This document shows, piece after piece, positions 1 through 10,300 of a stretch of 51,144 nt of DNA. The notes under the pieces were generated by a model. The model had not been told where the DNA came from. It did no database searches and saw nothing but the letters and a program-made list of their open reading frames with translations. Position numbers and translations under genes: made by a program. How positions within the stretch are numbered: position 1 is the stretch's first letter; every line of letters begins with the position of its first letter. The stretch comes from Bacteroidales bacterium (GTDB lineage: Bacteria; Bacteroidota; Bacteroidia; Bacteroidales; VadinHA17): positions 1 through 51,144 of the forward strand of contig JBBRSO010000005.1 in the NCBI GenBank assembly GCA_038245405.1. Direction: 5' to 3'.

Positions 1-444
1 AGTCAAAATAACTCTCGTTGTTTTTATTTGTTCGAAATTGAAAGATACATCTTGTGATACCGTTGGCCTTCCTTTCGTTTTCATTTCAGTTTCAAGCTCA
101 AAACCTCCCGGTGTGACATTCTTTAACTTTCCGTTGTATTTTACTCCTTCATTGTCTGTCACTTCAACTTTCCTTCCTTCATTCTTGTAATACTGTTCTA
201 TTACTCCAAAGGGTAAGTCCAGCCCTGGCGATGATACCTGTAAATCGAAATCCTCAATGTCGCGATCAAGAGAGTTTTCAAGATGCCTGTGTATTACTGC
301 ACATTCATCAATTGTTATTCCTTCATTTTTATCGGCAAGCACTACAATTCTGTTTGCACTGCTTACTTTTACAGAAACAAGGAAGAACCCTGTGCCCTTT
401 ATAAACTCTTCAATCAACCCTTTTATTTTCTGTTTTTCAATCAT
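1..444 (-). CDS. rimP: Ribosome maturation factor RimP (first ~148 codons; 3' end lies beyond the window start)
   Basis: Absent from the ORF track because it is open at the window edge. My reverse-complement translation from ATG (444-442) reads MIEKQKIKGLIEEFIKGTGFFLVSVKVSSANRIVVLADKNEGITIDECAVIHRHLENSLDRDIEDFDLQVSSPGLDLPF... This is the typical RimP N-domain pattern, including the VSSPGLD motif. The frame stays open to position 1. Confidence 0.8.
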   Translation of the reverse strand, partial: MIEKQKIKGLIEEFIKGTGFFLVSVKVSSANRIVVLADKNEGITIDECAVIHRHLENSLDRDIEDFDLQVSSPGLDLPFGVIEQYYKNEGRKVEVTDNEGVKYNGKLKNVTPGGFELETEMKTKGRPTVSQDVSFNFEQIKTTRVILT

Positions 445-659
445 TTTCTAAAAACCGATAACAAAATAGGGGACTCTGGTCCCCTAGGTCAAATACCCCT
501 CAATTCGCATGCAAAGGTACATATTTATATTAAATCACCAAAAATTTACTTTTAATATTGAAGTATTAAGCTTGTGGTTCAAATATGTAGCTTTGAAAAT
601 CAACAAACATTACGATATTTGCTGACACGCTGATTAATTGAGTTATCAGCTATTTTTAC

Positions 660-1616
660 ATGGCAAAAATTGTGATACAGACTGCTATATATATTGAGGA
701 AGAAACATTAAGCTTATGTAATTGCACCTTGTGTCCCAGACATTGTAAAGTTAACCGTTTTGACGGGCCCGGGGGATATTGCAAAACGGATGCAGGTATG
801 AATATTGCTTCAATCTGCATCCACAGAGGGGAAGAGCCTGTTATAAGTGGCAAAGAAGGAATCTGCAATATTTTTTTCACCGGATGTAATCTGCGTTGTG
901 TTTTTTGTCAGAATCATGAGATAAGTCAATGCAAATCAGGATCAGTAAAAGTGAATAATGATTTTTATCTGTTACTCGATCAGATTATGGAGATACTGGG
1001 AAGCGGTATCACTATGCTTGGCTTTGTTTCTCCCTCTCATGTTATTCCCCAGGTGAAAGCGATACTACGAGGCCTTCATGAACAGGGATTGAAGCCAATA
1101 ACAGTCTATAATACAAATGGATACGATACTTTTGAAACAATCAGGAGCCTCGACGGCCTGATTGATGTTTTTCTTCCCGATTATAAATATGTTACCCCCG
1201 AATTGGCAAAAGCATATTCCGATGCTTCAGATTATCCGGCTGTAGCTTTTAAAGCAATTAAAGAGATGCATTACCAGAAAGGATCGACTCTTTCACTCGA
1301 TGAAAACGGAAAGGCAGAGAACGGTTTGCTGATACGTCACCTTGTTTTGCCGGGGCATGCTGAAGAGAGTAAAAAAGTGCTGAAAACAATTGCTGAGGAG
1401 TTGTCTCCGGGAATTCATCTGTCACTCATGTCGCAGTACCATCCCACCACTGCAGTTTCTGATCATCCGATACTGAACCGTTCATTATATAAGTCTGAAT
1501 ATGAGGATGTTGTGTCAGAGATGGAGAGGCTAGGATTCAGGAACGGCTGGATTCAGGATCTGGATTCAAATGTTAATTACAGACCGGATTTTGGGAAGGA
1601 TCATCCATTTGAATGA
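660..1616 (+). CDS. Radical SAM protein, PflX-like (pyruvate formate-lyase activase-related family)
   Basis: 318-aa ORF. CNLRCVFCQN is the CxxxCxxC radical-SAM cluster motif. It is preceded by a Cys-rich N-terminus (CNCTLCPRHCKVNR), as in COG1313-type proteins. Confidence 0.75.
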   Translation: MAKIVIQTAIYIEEETLSLCNCTLCPRHCKVNRFDGPGGYCKTDAGMNIASICIHRGEEPVISGKEGICNIFFTGCNLRCVFCQNHEISQCKSGSVKVNNDFYLLLDQIMEILGSGITMLGFVSPSHVIPQVKAILRGLHEQGLKPITVYNTNGYDTFETIRSLDGLIDVFLPDYKYVTPELAKAYSDASDYPAVAFKAIKEMHYQKGSTLSLDENGKAENGLLIRHLVLPGHAEESKKVLKTIAEELSPGIHLSLMSQYHPTTAVSDHPILNRSLYKSEYEDVVSEMERLGFRNGWIQDLDSNVNYRPDFGKDHPFE

Positions 1617-1622
1617 GAAGAA

Positions 1623-1790
1623 TTACATGAACTTCTCCCGTTTCTGCAGATTAAACAACGCTACCAGCAGAAAAACCAGTGATCCGGCAACAAGGATAAT
1701 CCTGTTTTTAAATGTGATGATAGCCCAGGTTGTTTCATTTACGTCGCGCGGCAATTCGTAGGGATTAAGAAAGACATTCCACTGACTTTT
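1623..1790 (-). pseudogene. Displaced 3' end (last 55 codons plus stop) of the ABC-2 permease gene; left copy of a 168-bp direct repeat (attL-like)
   Basis: 1623-1790 matches 13398-13565 at 165 of 168 nt. The translation ...GKSQWNVFLNPYELPRDVNETTWAIITFKNRIILVAGSLVFLLVALFNLQKREKFM is identical to the C-terminus of the 238-aa permease. The body of the gene is missing here. The fragment ends 6 nt from the stop of the convergent radical SAM gene. Confidence 0.85.
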
Positions 1791-2009
1791 CCCTTTCAAC
1801 TTCAATTCTTTGTATGATTCTAGAAGCCGCCCGTGACTCTGGTATATATATCACATTCCCCTTTATAATTCTTTAGGATTTAACCTGTTTCAATCATTTG
1901 AAATATACATTTCTTTTACTTCCAATTTTCTATATTCTCATTTTGGATATATACAATACCTCACCAAATATTCATTATTTCATATGTCAACAAATCAAAT
2001 TCAGTCTTC

Positions 2010-2262
2010 GGATTCGAGTTGCAGTCAATTTTCGGCAAATTACGTGCGGTTATTTAATGACTAAAGCAAGACTTTTGCAGTAACCCGGAGCGCTTGGTCT
2101 TGCTGTTTTATGAAATATTGCTTTCTGCAAAGCCACGATTGCCGATTAAAATTTGGATGCCGCAGGATAGCATTAATCCATAGTGAGCGGTTGCGATTTA
2201 TGTTGCATACCTTATACCCATGCATTCTGCAATACAAACATAAAAAGAGCAACAATGCACAA
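2010..2262. repeat. Copy A of a ~240-bp noncoding element found immediately 3' of each (candidate) immunity gene
   Basis: The core 2078-2216 aligns to 3448-3586 with about 9 differences and one 1-nt indel. A 27-bp block at 2016-2042 matches 3419-3444. Copy A has a 35-bp insertion (2043-2077) relative to B. Similarity is weaker out to ~2262, against ~3625 in B. Confidence 0.7.
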
Positions 2263-2280
2263 AGAGAGTACCAAAGAATA

Positions 2281-3084
2281 TTACCACCATTTTTTTTGCT
2301 CTTCTTTTTTGGCACCTAGATTGTTTTGAATTATTCCTTTATAATAAATTTCCCAGCCCTTATTAAAGTATTTTGGATTCGGTGAAAACAGACCGGCTCC
2401 AATATCTAAATCTCCTGAATTTGGAATTCTCTTTTCACCCCAATTACACTTTTTCGGAATAGAGTCCTTATAGCTTGTCCAAGTTCCAACACAGAGATTA
2501 TTCGAAAAAGTATCACTTTCAATATCTGAACCATCATAGTAAATTTTATTATTATCAAATGAAAATTTAGTTTTCCAAATTCCTTGGAATATTCCTGAGC
2601 TATTCTGACTAGGATCTTGACAGAAATGAAATTTAGCTAACAAAATGTATTCTTGAGTAGAAAATCTTTTGATTGCTTCATCATCGTTTTGTTTCAAAGC
2701 TTCTTTATATAGATCTTCTCTTTCCTGATCCTTTATTTTCCTAATATGAATTATTTCAACTTCACCTAGAAATTGAAGGACATTTTCCATAAGTTTGGTT
2801 TTACCATATAAAAAGTATTTGTCTGGTTTATTCTTATCTTTAATTATTGTTAGATATCTAATTTTTAATCTTTGATAGTCATTGCCAACAAATCCTAAAA
2901 TTGCATTAGAATCAACAAGCATTGAACTGAAATCATAGGGGATGAATTTAACAAGAAGTTCTTGTTTTTCTAAATTTAACTGATTAATGGATTCAGATAA
3001 AAATCTATCGCTTTCCATCGAATTCTGAGAAAGACATGGTGTTATTCTCATAATTATTATAAAAAGAAGAATAAAACGTATCAT
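2281..3084 (-). CDS. Hypothetical exported protein (N-terminal signal-like MIRFILLFIIIMRITPCLSQ); candidate orphan immunity protein
   Basis: 267-aa ORF with a hydrophobic N-terminus. It sits directly downstream (12-nt gap) of a truncated toxin-like fragment inside the RHS island. I recognise no catalytic motif. Confidence 0.55.
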   Translation of the reverse strand: MIRFILLFIIIMRITPCLSQNSMESDRFLSESINQLNLEKQELLVKFIPYDFSSMLVDSNAILGFVGNDYQRLKIRYLTIIKDKNKPDKYFLYGKTKLMENVLQFLGEVEIIHIRKIKDQEREDLYKEALKQNDDEAIKRFSTQEYILLAKFHFCQDPSQNSSGIFQGIWKTKFSFDNNKIYYDGSDIESDTFSNNLCVGTWTSYKDSIPKKCNWGEKRIPNSGDLDIGAGLFSPNPKYFNKGWEIYYKGIIQNNLGAKKEEQKKWW

Positions 3085-3096
3085 AATTCTATTTTT

Positions 3097-3354
3097 TTAA
3101 AATCCAAAAATGATGTTTAAAGGATTAATGTCTCTTATTGTTAAAGTTCCTAAATTTTTTCCAAATAATGTTCTAAGCTTTCCAAAAATAGTTGAGCTTG
3201 ACCATACGGCATAATTTCCATCAACCATTGAATACGATTTACCGGGTAAAAAACATCCTAATGTATCAAAATGATAATTTCCAGTATGTATTAATATGCC
3301 TCTGCTTAATTGCACTTCGGCTTTTGAAATTATGTAACAATTAAGATGACCCAA
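3097..3354 (-). pseudogene. 5'-truncated DUF5675-like fragment (orphan module remnant)
   Basis: The 85-aa frame contains GILIHTGNYHFDTLGCFLPGKS, which I recall as the IHxGNxxxDTxGC signature of DUF5675-type proteins (full length ~130-140 aa). The track start is a TTG directly after an in-frame TGA, so the N-terminal third is missing. Repeat copy B abuts it upstream. Confidence 0.45.
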
Positions 3355-3411
3355 TGCTCAGTCTCTAAGTGCTCCCGGATACTCTTGTGCCTGACATGTT
3401 TAAGGCTTCTC

Positions 3412-3625
3412 GCCGCTGGAGTTGCAGACAATTTTGGCAAATTAAAACAGTAACTCCGGAGTGCTTGGTCTTGCTGTGTCATGAAATATTGCTTTCTGCA
3501 AAGCCACGATTGACGATTAAAATTTGGATGCCGCAGGCGAGCATTAATCCATAGTGAACGGTTGCGATTTATGTTGCATACCTTATGCCTAATGTATTGT
3601 GCAACGCAACAAACATATTGCAACC
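3412..3625. repeat. Copy B of the ~240-bp noncoding element
   Basis: See copy A. Copy B starts ~8 nt after the stop (3633-3635) of the 237-aa gene, just as copy A starts ~19 nt after the stop (2281-2283) of the 267-aa gene. Confidence 0.7.
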
Positions 3626-3632
3626 CGAACCC

Positions 3633-4346
3633 CTATTTACTCGTAAAATTTATTGTTTTGCAGTGTATTAATTCATTATAACGTGTAAAGCCCATAAACT
3701 TTAAAGGAGGTTTAAATGGAAGTTTAATAATGGTATTTTTAGTGAAACCCTCGGTTTCATAATATTCATTCTTATTAATTTTAGATCCGTGACATTCTAC
3801 TTTGTATTTACCATGATACTTTTTAAAACATGTATATTCATATTTAAATGTATATGACTCATTAGGTCGAAGGAAAATAAGACCACCTGTTGAAAACATT
3901 GCTACCTCCAACTTGGAAAGTAGAATAGGATATTCAATAGGGCTAATATTATCCCTCTTATTCAATCTCAAATATTCGCTAATTAAAAAATCCAATAAAG
4001 TTGAATCGACTTTTTCAGGTCTTGGATAATTAAGAATAGCGGCGATTCTATGATTTGTTTGATCCAAGGAATCGAATTTAGGGGGGTCCGGGATTGTTAA
4101 ATCATTAAAATTGTATAAGAATTCAGCATCAACTCGTTTTCCATTGTAGGTAACATCTATTCTATTACTTACATCAGTATATAAATACACCGAATCATCC
4201 GAAAGATTACTTAGTTTTAAGAACAAAGTATAATCTGAATATTTTAATTCTGCAACAATTGGATTATGATTTGCAACAATATCATTAGTAGGGGATATCA
4301 TGCAATCAATTAAATAGGTCATAATAATTAAAAAAAGGTAAGCCAT
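3633..4346 (-). CDS. Hypothetical protein, candidate cognate immunity protein of the RHS C-terminal toxin
   Basis: 237-aa ORF. Its ATG (4346-4344) overlaps the last 41 nt of the RHS gene. The hydrophobic N-terminus MAYLFLIIMTYLIDC is lipobox-like. The position immediately 3' of a polymorphic-toxin gene is the classical immunity slot. Confidence 0.55.
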   Translation of the reverse strand: MAYLFLIIMTYLIDCMISPTNDIVANHNPIVAELKYSDYTLFLKLSNLSDDSVYLYTDVSNRIDVTYNGKRVDAEFLYNFNDLTIPDPPKFDSLDQTNHRIAAILNYPRPEKVDSTLLDFLISEYLRLNKRDNISPIEYPILLSKLEVAMFSTGGLIFLRPNESYTFKYEYTCFKKYHGKYKVECHGSKINKNEYYETEGFTKNTIIKLPFKPPLKFMGFTRYNELIHCKTINFTSK

Positions 4347-7300
4347 AATTATTTTGTTTAGTTATTAAATAAGGTTCAATTTTTAGAAAAGATCGATTTT
4401 TTGATAGATCATAATTACTCCATTTTAAGGCTGCGGTTTTGAAAGGTTTCCAATCTGAATTTTGACTGTGTTGGTAGCCGGCTTGCCACATATATGCAGC
4501 GTATTCAGACATATTCTTGTTAAAATCTAATCCAAATTTCTCGAAATGGGCAACATGAATGAATTCGTGTCCCATAGTTAAATATAGATGTCCTAAACTT
4601 TTATGAGAACCTTCCCCAAAGTAAATTTGATACTTTCCATCTATCAACTGGTTTGAAGTGAAGCCCCATGCAGTTACACTCCCTGTGGAGTTCGCTTCTA
4701 CTATTTCGTTATTATAAAACATATCTAGCTTATCTTTATAAGTATAATTTGGAAAATAGGTTTTCTGAAACCCATATAAATCATAATCTGCAGATAGTTG
4801 CGTTGAGCCTGTCTGTTCAAACTCTACTTCATCCATCCTTAAGGCATGATTATAGCTCCTTCTGTATTTATTAAACTTTATTTTGTTTTCTAACTGTTGG
4901 CCCATGTGCCAACCAGAAATCCCACTTTGCACCAATGTCACGTATGTATTAGCATTTTTCCAGTCCCATTTGAGGGGATTAAACTCAAAATTATTAACCA
5001 TTGATGTATTTATATACATATTTGCTAACATCACAATTGCGGTAATAATAAACTCACCATCTGGATCAGCATACTTTAATGGATTATTGAGGCAGTAAGA
5101 ATATCTGTTGAAATTCTTTGTTATGTCGGGTGACTGAACATAATTATCGGGGCTGAGAAACATTGCTATTAGTGGATCATAAACTCTTCCGTTCATGTTT
5201 ATGAGGTCAAACTGATTTAAGTGTTCATGACCGGTAAAACCTCTATCGAACAAGTGTGTAGTAGATACATTTGTAAAGGTCCAGTCATCAGGATTCCGCC
5301 TCCTACCCCAGGGATCGAAGCTTAGTCTTTCCAAAACTGCTCCCGATGGGTCTGTTATTACATCAAAAGAACCAAGAAAATCTGAATGTATGTAATATTT
5401 ATTCCATTGATCATTCTTTTGTTCAAGAATTGCAGTAAGACCTGTCGGAGTTGAAATATAATAAAGCTCTCTTATACTATTATCCGCACCGATCTCTTTT
5501 TCATAATTTCCTAAAGCAAAAAACTTTGTTTTAACAATATTGCCATTCAAACTATATTCTGTCTTTACTCTCTGCTCATCGGGGCCATAAGTAAAGGTCA
5601 ATAGCTTAGTATCTAATGACGTAGAATTAGTCAACGAAGAAATTTTATTAAATTTTGTATACTCAATACTCTGATCAGTTAAACCTGATTCGTAACCGGA
5701 CAGACTATTTATGCTATCAAGACGGTGAACTAATGAACTTTGATGGTATTGATATGATCCGATCCCCGACTTTGACAAAATATTTCCTTTGCCAGACTCA
5801 TCATATGTATTTGCAAGAGGATATCCGCTTACGCCATAAGTTAAGAGTCTATTCAAGTGATCATATGTAAAATTTTCCTCAAGAAAGTTAATAGAAGAAT
5901 TGATTCCTTTCCGCTTCATAATATTTCCATAAATAGGATCAAAGTCATAATCCCAGTTTTGAATCCAGGTAGAACCAAGCTTAGATGCCTTTTTATCGAT
6001 AAAGCCATTTACATCATTTAAAATTACTGTGTTTATTCCATTTCCATATGTGTAATTATCTATCTGTCCGTACTTATTCATGCTAGTTGCATCCCAGACT
6101 GCCTGATTATTAGCTTTTACCTGGTAGGGATAGCCATAGTTATTAAAACCAGTTTCAACTGTGACTTCATTATTTATTACCTCTTTATTTATATTTCCAT
6201 AGTCATCGTAAAAATAATTTGAAGTAAATGAATTGTTATCTATTGTTTCTGTTTTTGTAGAAATGCGATTAAAAGCATCAAATGTAAATGATTGAGTTTT
6301 ATTTGACACTGAAATTGATGTCAATAATTCACTTACCGGATCATAAATATTTGTTGTAGTTTCACCTCCAAGCCATGTCTTGTGATCAATTCTTCCCAAA
6401 GCATCATAAACGATTGTTGACTTGTTCAACATTGCATCGGTCTGATTAACAAGTTCTCCTAATCCATTATAGTCATACTGAATGGTCTTAGCGTCAATAT
6501 CATGCAACTCTTTCTGAAAACCATAATCGTCATAATCTATTGTAGTTGCGCCTGAGGGTGATAAAATTGTTTTTGCTTTTCCCTCAGCGTTGTAATGGTA
6601 AGAAATTTCTCCACCTGGGTCTGTGGATTTGCATAATAATCCTGAAGCATCATTTTCTTTCTTATAGATTTGTTCATTTTTTGTTATCGTAGTTTCTAGG
6701 CCATTATAAGTATAGCTTGTTGCTGTTCCAGATGGATAAACTGTCTCTGTGGTTAATTGTCCGATATGATCATCATCGTAAGAAAATTTAATATATTGAT
6801 CTCTTGAATTCCCTTCAAAATACGGCATGTATGATTTATCAACACGGCTTTTGGAGTCATATACCTTATCGTTGACAAGATAAGTTCCATCAAATGATAG
6901 AATCTTAGATCTTACCTCTTTGCCAAGAAAATCAAAGTATGAAATTTTTGTTGGTTTATGCGGGGATTCTGATTTAGTAAAATAAAGTTCACCTATTCCA
7001 AGTGCATTATACGACCATCCCTTGGAATTAATTATTGTTTGTCCATCTGGATATTGAACTCCGGTATTTACACCAAAAGCATCATATTGGTATGAAGTTC
7101 TAAGATTTGAATAGTCAAATTCTTCAAGAAGATTTCCAGTTATTGGATCATAACCATATTTAAGAAAATGATTGATTGAGTTGTACTTCTTATAAATAAA
7201 CCGATTTAATACTGGTTCGTATTCAAATGTGTTTGATCTGGTTATAGATCCGCATGTTACACTGGAGGTTAAAATATTGCCAAATTCGTCATAAGTGAGT

Positions 7301-10300
7301 GAAGTTTCAACTGAAGGGGATGCCCCGAAAAGTTTAATTTCCTTTTTCAACAAACCATTTTCAAAGTATTCATAAGATTTTGAACGAGTGATTGATTCTG
7401 CACCTCTTGTATATGCAATCGAAGAGGAAAGGGGCTCTCCGAGGGAATTATACTCAGGATATGATTCATAAATCTGAGAAACAACGGTTCCTGAAGAGGT
7501 TTTTGCTTTTGAAGTTTTCGAAGTCAGGTTACCATCGTTTGCGATTATAGTAGCAACCTCAGTTATTGTATTATTTATTTTATTTTCAGCAGTTGATAAA
7601 GGAATATATGAAAAATGCCTCTTACTATTATCAAGAGAAATATCAACCGGGGCCAGGGAAGTTGTTTCAGATACTAGTATATTGTTGATATATTGTTTTG
7701 AATCAAATTGATACATATTATAGTATGTCGTACCAAAACGGAATAAATCTTCCGATTTTGTCAAATTAATAAGATCTTCTTCTTTTAATTTTAAGAATCC
7801 GAGAATACCTCTTCCCTGTAGGTGAATCATGAGATCTTCGTAATAATAATTTGTATTTGTAAAAGGTATTGTATTCCCAGGACCAAAAGACTGAATATTT
7901 TCAACCAAGTAAATAGGTAATTTAAATTTTGGTGTTGGAAATCCGAAATTGCTTGTTGAATTACTAAATGAAATGCTTTTAGGTAGAACTCCATATGTAA
8001 TGGTCGATCGTATATTAAGGCCATTTGAAATTTCAGTTAATAACCTTGATTTATCATCTGGCATATAGCGGATAATTTTAGAAACAGTAATTTCACCCGC
8101 TGATTTTTCTCTTAAATAGAGATCGATTTGACCATCTCCATCCAAATCGGTTACAGATAAGTCGTTCCCGCCAGCACCATCTGAGCTCCATCCAATTTCT
8201 CTTTCTGTGAAGCTATTACCATAATAGTAATACGCGTAAATGGTTGTATTTGTCCCAAGCATAAAAGGCCATGTAGATTCATGTATGATATCGCCTTTAC
8301 CATCACCGTTTAGGTCAGCAATATAAAATTTTGTCAATTGACCACTATTAGGCGAAAAAGATACATCTATGAAGTTTTTTCCTGTTGAAAATAATAATTT
8401 GGTCCCTCCTGTATTGTACCCCAAAATATCCGTTTTACCATCCCCATTTACATCACCGAAGCAGTATTTATCATAATCAAAGAAAATTGGAGTAATCAAT
8501 TCCGTTAACTGATTAGCAATAAAGTCATATCCATAAATGTGAATATGGCTATTACTATCTAAGAAATAAATATCAGTTTTTCCATCACCATTAAAATCAA
8601 TTGGTCCCATTTTATTTGAAAAATTTGTAGAGCCAAAAGAGCTTGGTAAACCTATGCCATTCCAAATCTGATTTTTATCCGGTGTATAGAAAAAGCATTC
8701 GCTTTTTCCATTACCATCATAATCCCCTGGAATCATAGCCCATATAGCCGAAACAGCTATTGGAGGGTCCGAAACCAAGTCAATCCCATTAAAATGGTAA
8801 AAGCTGAATATATTTTGAAATTGATCCGTAATATCCCCATTCTGGTAATTTGGATTGTTTGTATTATCCACCGATTCAACTGTATATAAATCAGATTTAC
8901 CATCACCATCAAAGTCAATAATACTACCACCATCGAATTTTCCCCAACTATAAGTTTTACCGTGCCCAAGGTTTATTGAATATGGATTTATAGGAATTTC
9001 TTTAAAAGGTTCGAAATTTGTACCATCCTGGTTTAAATATACTTTAATTTTGTCTGAAGACGAATATGTTGTTTTTACCGGAATTACTACAAGATCACTT
9101 TTCCCATCTCCATTAATGTCGGCAAAATTAAAATCATTGTCCCCAATTGTAGTTAAATAGGAATCAGGGTAACTTGAAGGAGAAAAAAAACCATATCCAA
9201 ATATTGTCTTATTAAACTTTAAACCTGTTGACGCGCTTTCTTCAATTTCGAAAAGATAAGAATATGGATCAAAAAAACCGTGGCCATAATTAAATGCATA
9301 TGTTCTTACTGTAGACATCTGACATTTAACCATTATTTTAGCTATCAGTATGTCATTGTTTATTTCAACTCCTGCACTAAAATATTTATATGGATCGGAT
9401 CGTTTCTTATATTCGATAACTATTTGATTATAAGGATTAAGATTAGCATTATCATTCCCAGTATATTCAATAGTATTTAATAATGGCATTCCTGATGACG
9501 GGTCTCGCAAATAGGTATACTTAATGTAATTACCATTTGTATCCATCTGTTTAGTTAACAGCCATGTAAGCTTTGTTGTGCTGTTGATTTCACTTACGTA
9601 ACTATTATCGGCATTTCCATACTCGAGTGTAGAATTGTCTTTTAAATTTTTTACTTCAAACCAGCTTGGACCATTTCCACTTGTGCCATGCATAATCGAC
9701 TCGGTAAAAGTCTCCTGTTCTGTTTTATATTTAGATCCATCGGCACCCTGACTTCCTCCATTTGTTTCTAGAATAAGTAGATTACCATCTATTGCATATT
9801 GATCTGCGGAAACCATTTCAATGGCTTTCACTACCTGATTGTTATAGTAAGGATTAGCAACTCTCGATATTGAAGATAACCCTGCCAAATTCCATCCTAG
9901 TCCTAAAAGACCATTCCCTGACTGACTATTATATTGCAAACTTAGATTCGGTTTTACCCCGTTTGTTCCCGGGGAACAAAAAAGTGGAATTGAATAGGAC
10001 AGGCCTCCAAGCTGGGTTGTAGTAACACTCCCAGCTGTTGTTCCAACTTCCAATTCTGTATTGATAGATCTGTATACGGAAGGATCGGGAATTTGTTCCA
10101 AATAACCAACCTCTGGGAAATCTGTTGTCAGCTTGACAACATCTGAATACGTCATATCACAATCTGAATTGATTTGACACCTGTAGTAATCATTCTGGAA
10201 AGCTTCTGATCCCTTGATTATCAGAGTTGGTGTTTGAAAATTTTCAGCTGGTAATCCCGAGAGATCTGTCCATGAGTTAACTCCATCCGCTGATACCTGC

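Noticed and set aside
469-484. Hairpin ggggac-tctg-gtcccc upstream of rimP as a regulatory element
   Set aside because: It is a single short 6-bp stem in a divergent promoter region with no flanking conserved features. That is insufficient to call.
1623-1805. 60-aa track ORF (MKLKGKSQWNVF...) as an independent small membrane protein gene
   Set aside because: Apart from its first few codons it is the duplicated C-terminus of the 238-aa permease. It lacks the rest of the gene, so it is a displaced remnant.
2061-3623. Track ORFs lying on the repeated element (2061-2315 -, 2110-2319 +, 3330-3623 -, 3369-3554 +), considered as possible small protein genes
   Set aside because: The plus-strand frame is broken by a stop in copy B. 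The minus-strand frame is shared for only ~46 codons and then diverges because of a 1-nt indel. There is no common start codon and no recognisable family. I treat the element as noncoding, with the minus-frame possibility noted in the findings.
3560-3625. GTTGCGATTTATGTTGCATACC / GTTGCAA-type words resembling CRISPR repeats or a tracrRNA
   Set aside because: There are only two element copies ~1.3 kb apart. There is no regular repeat-spacer periodicity and no cas genes in the window.
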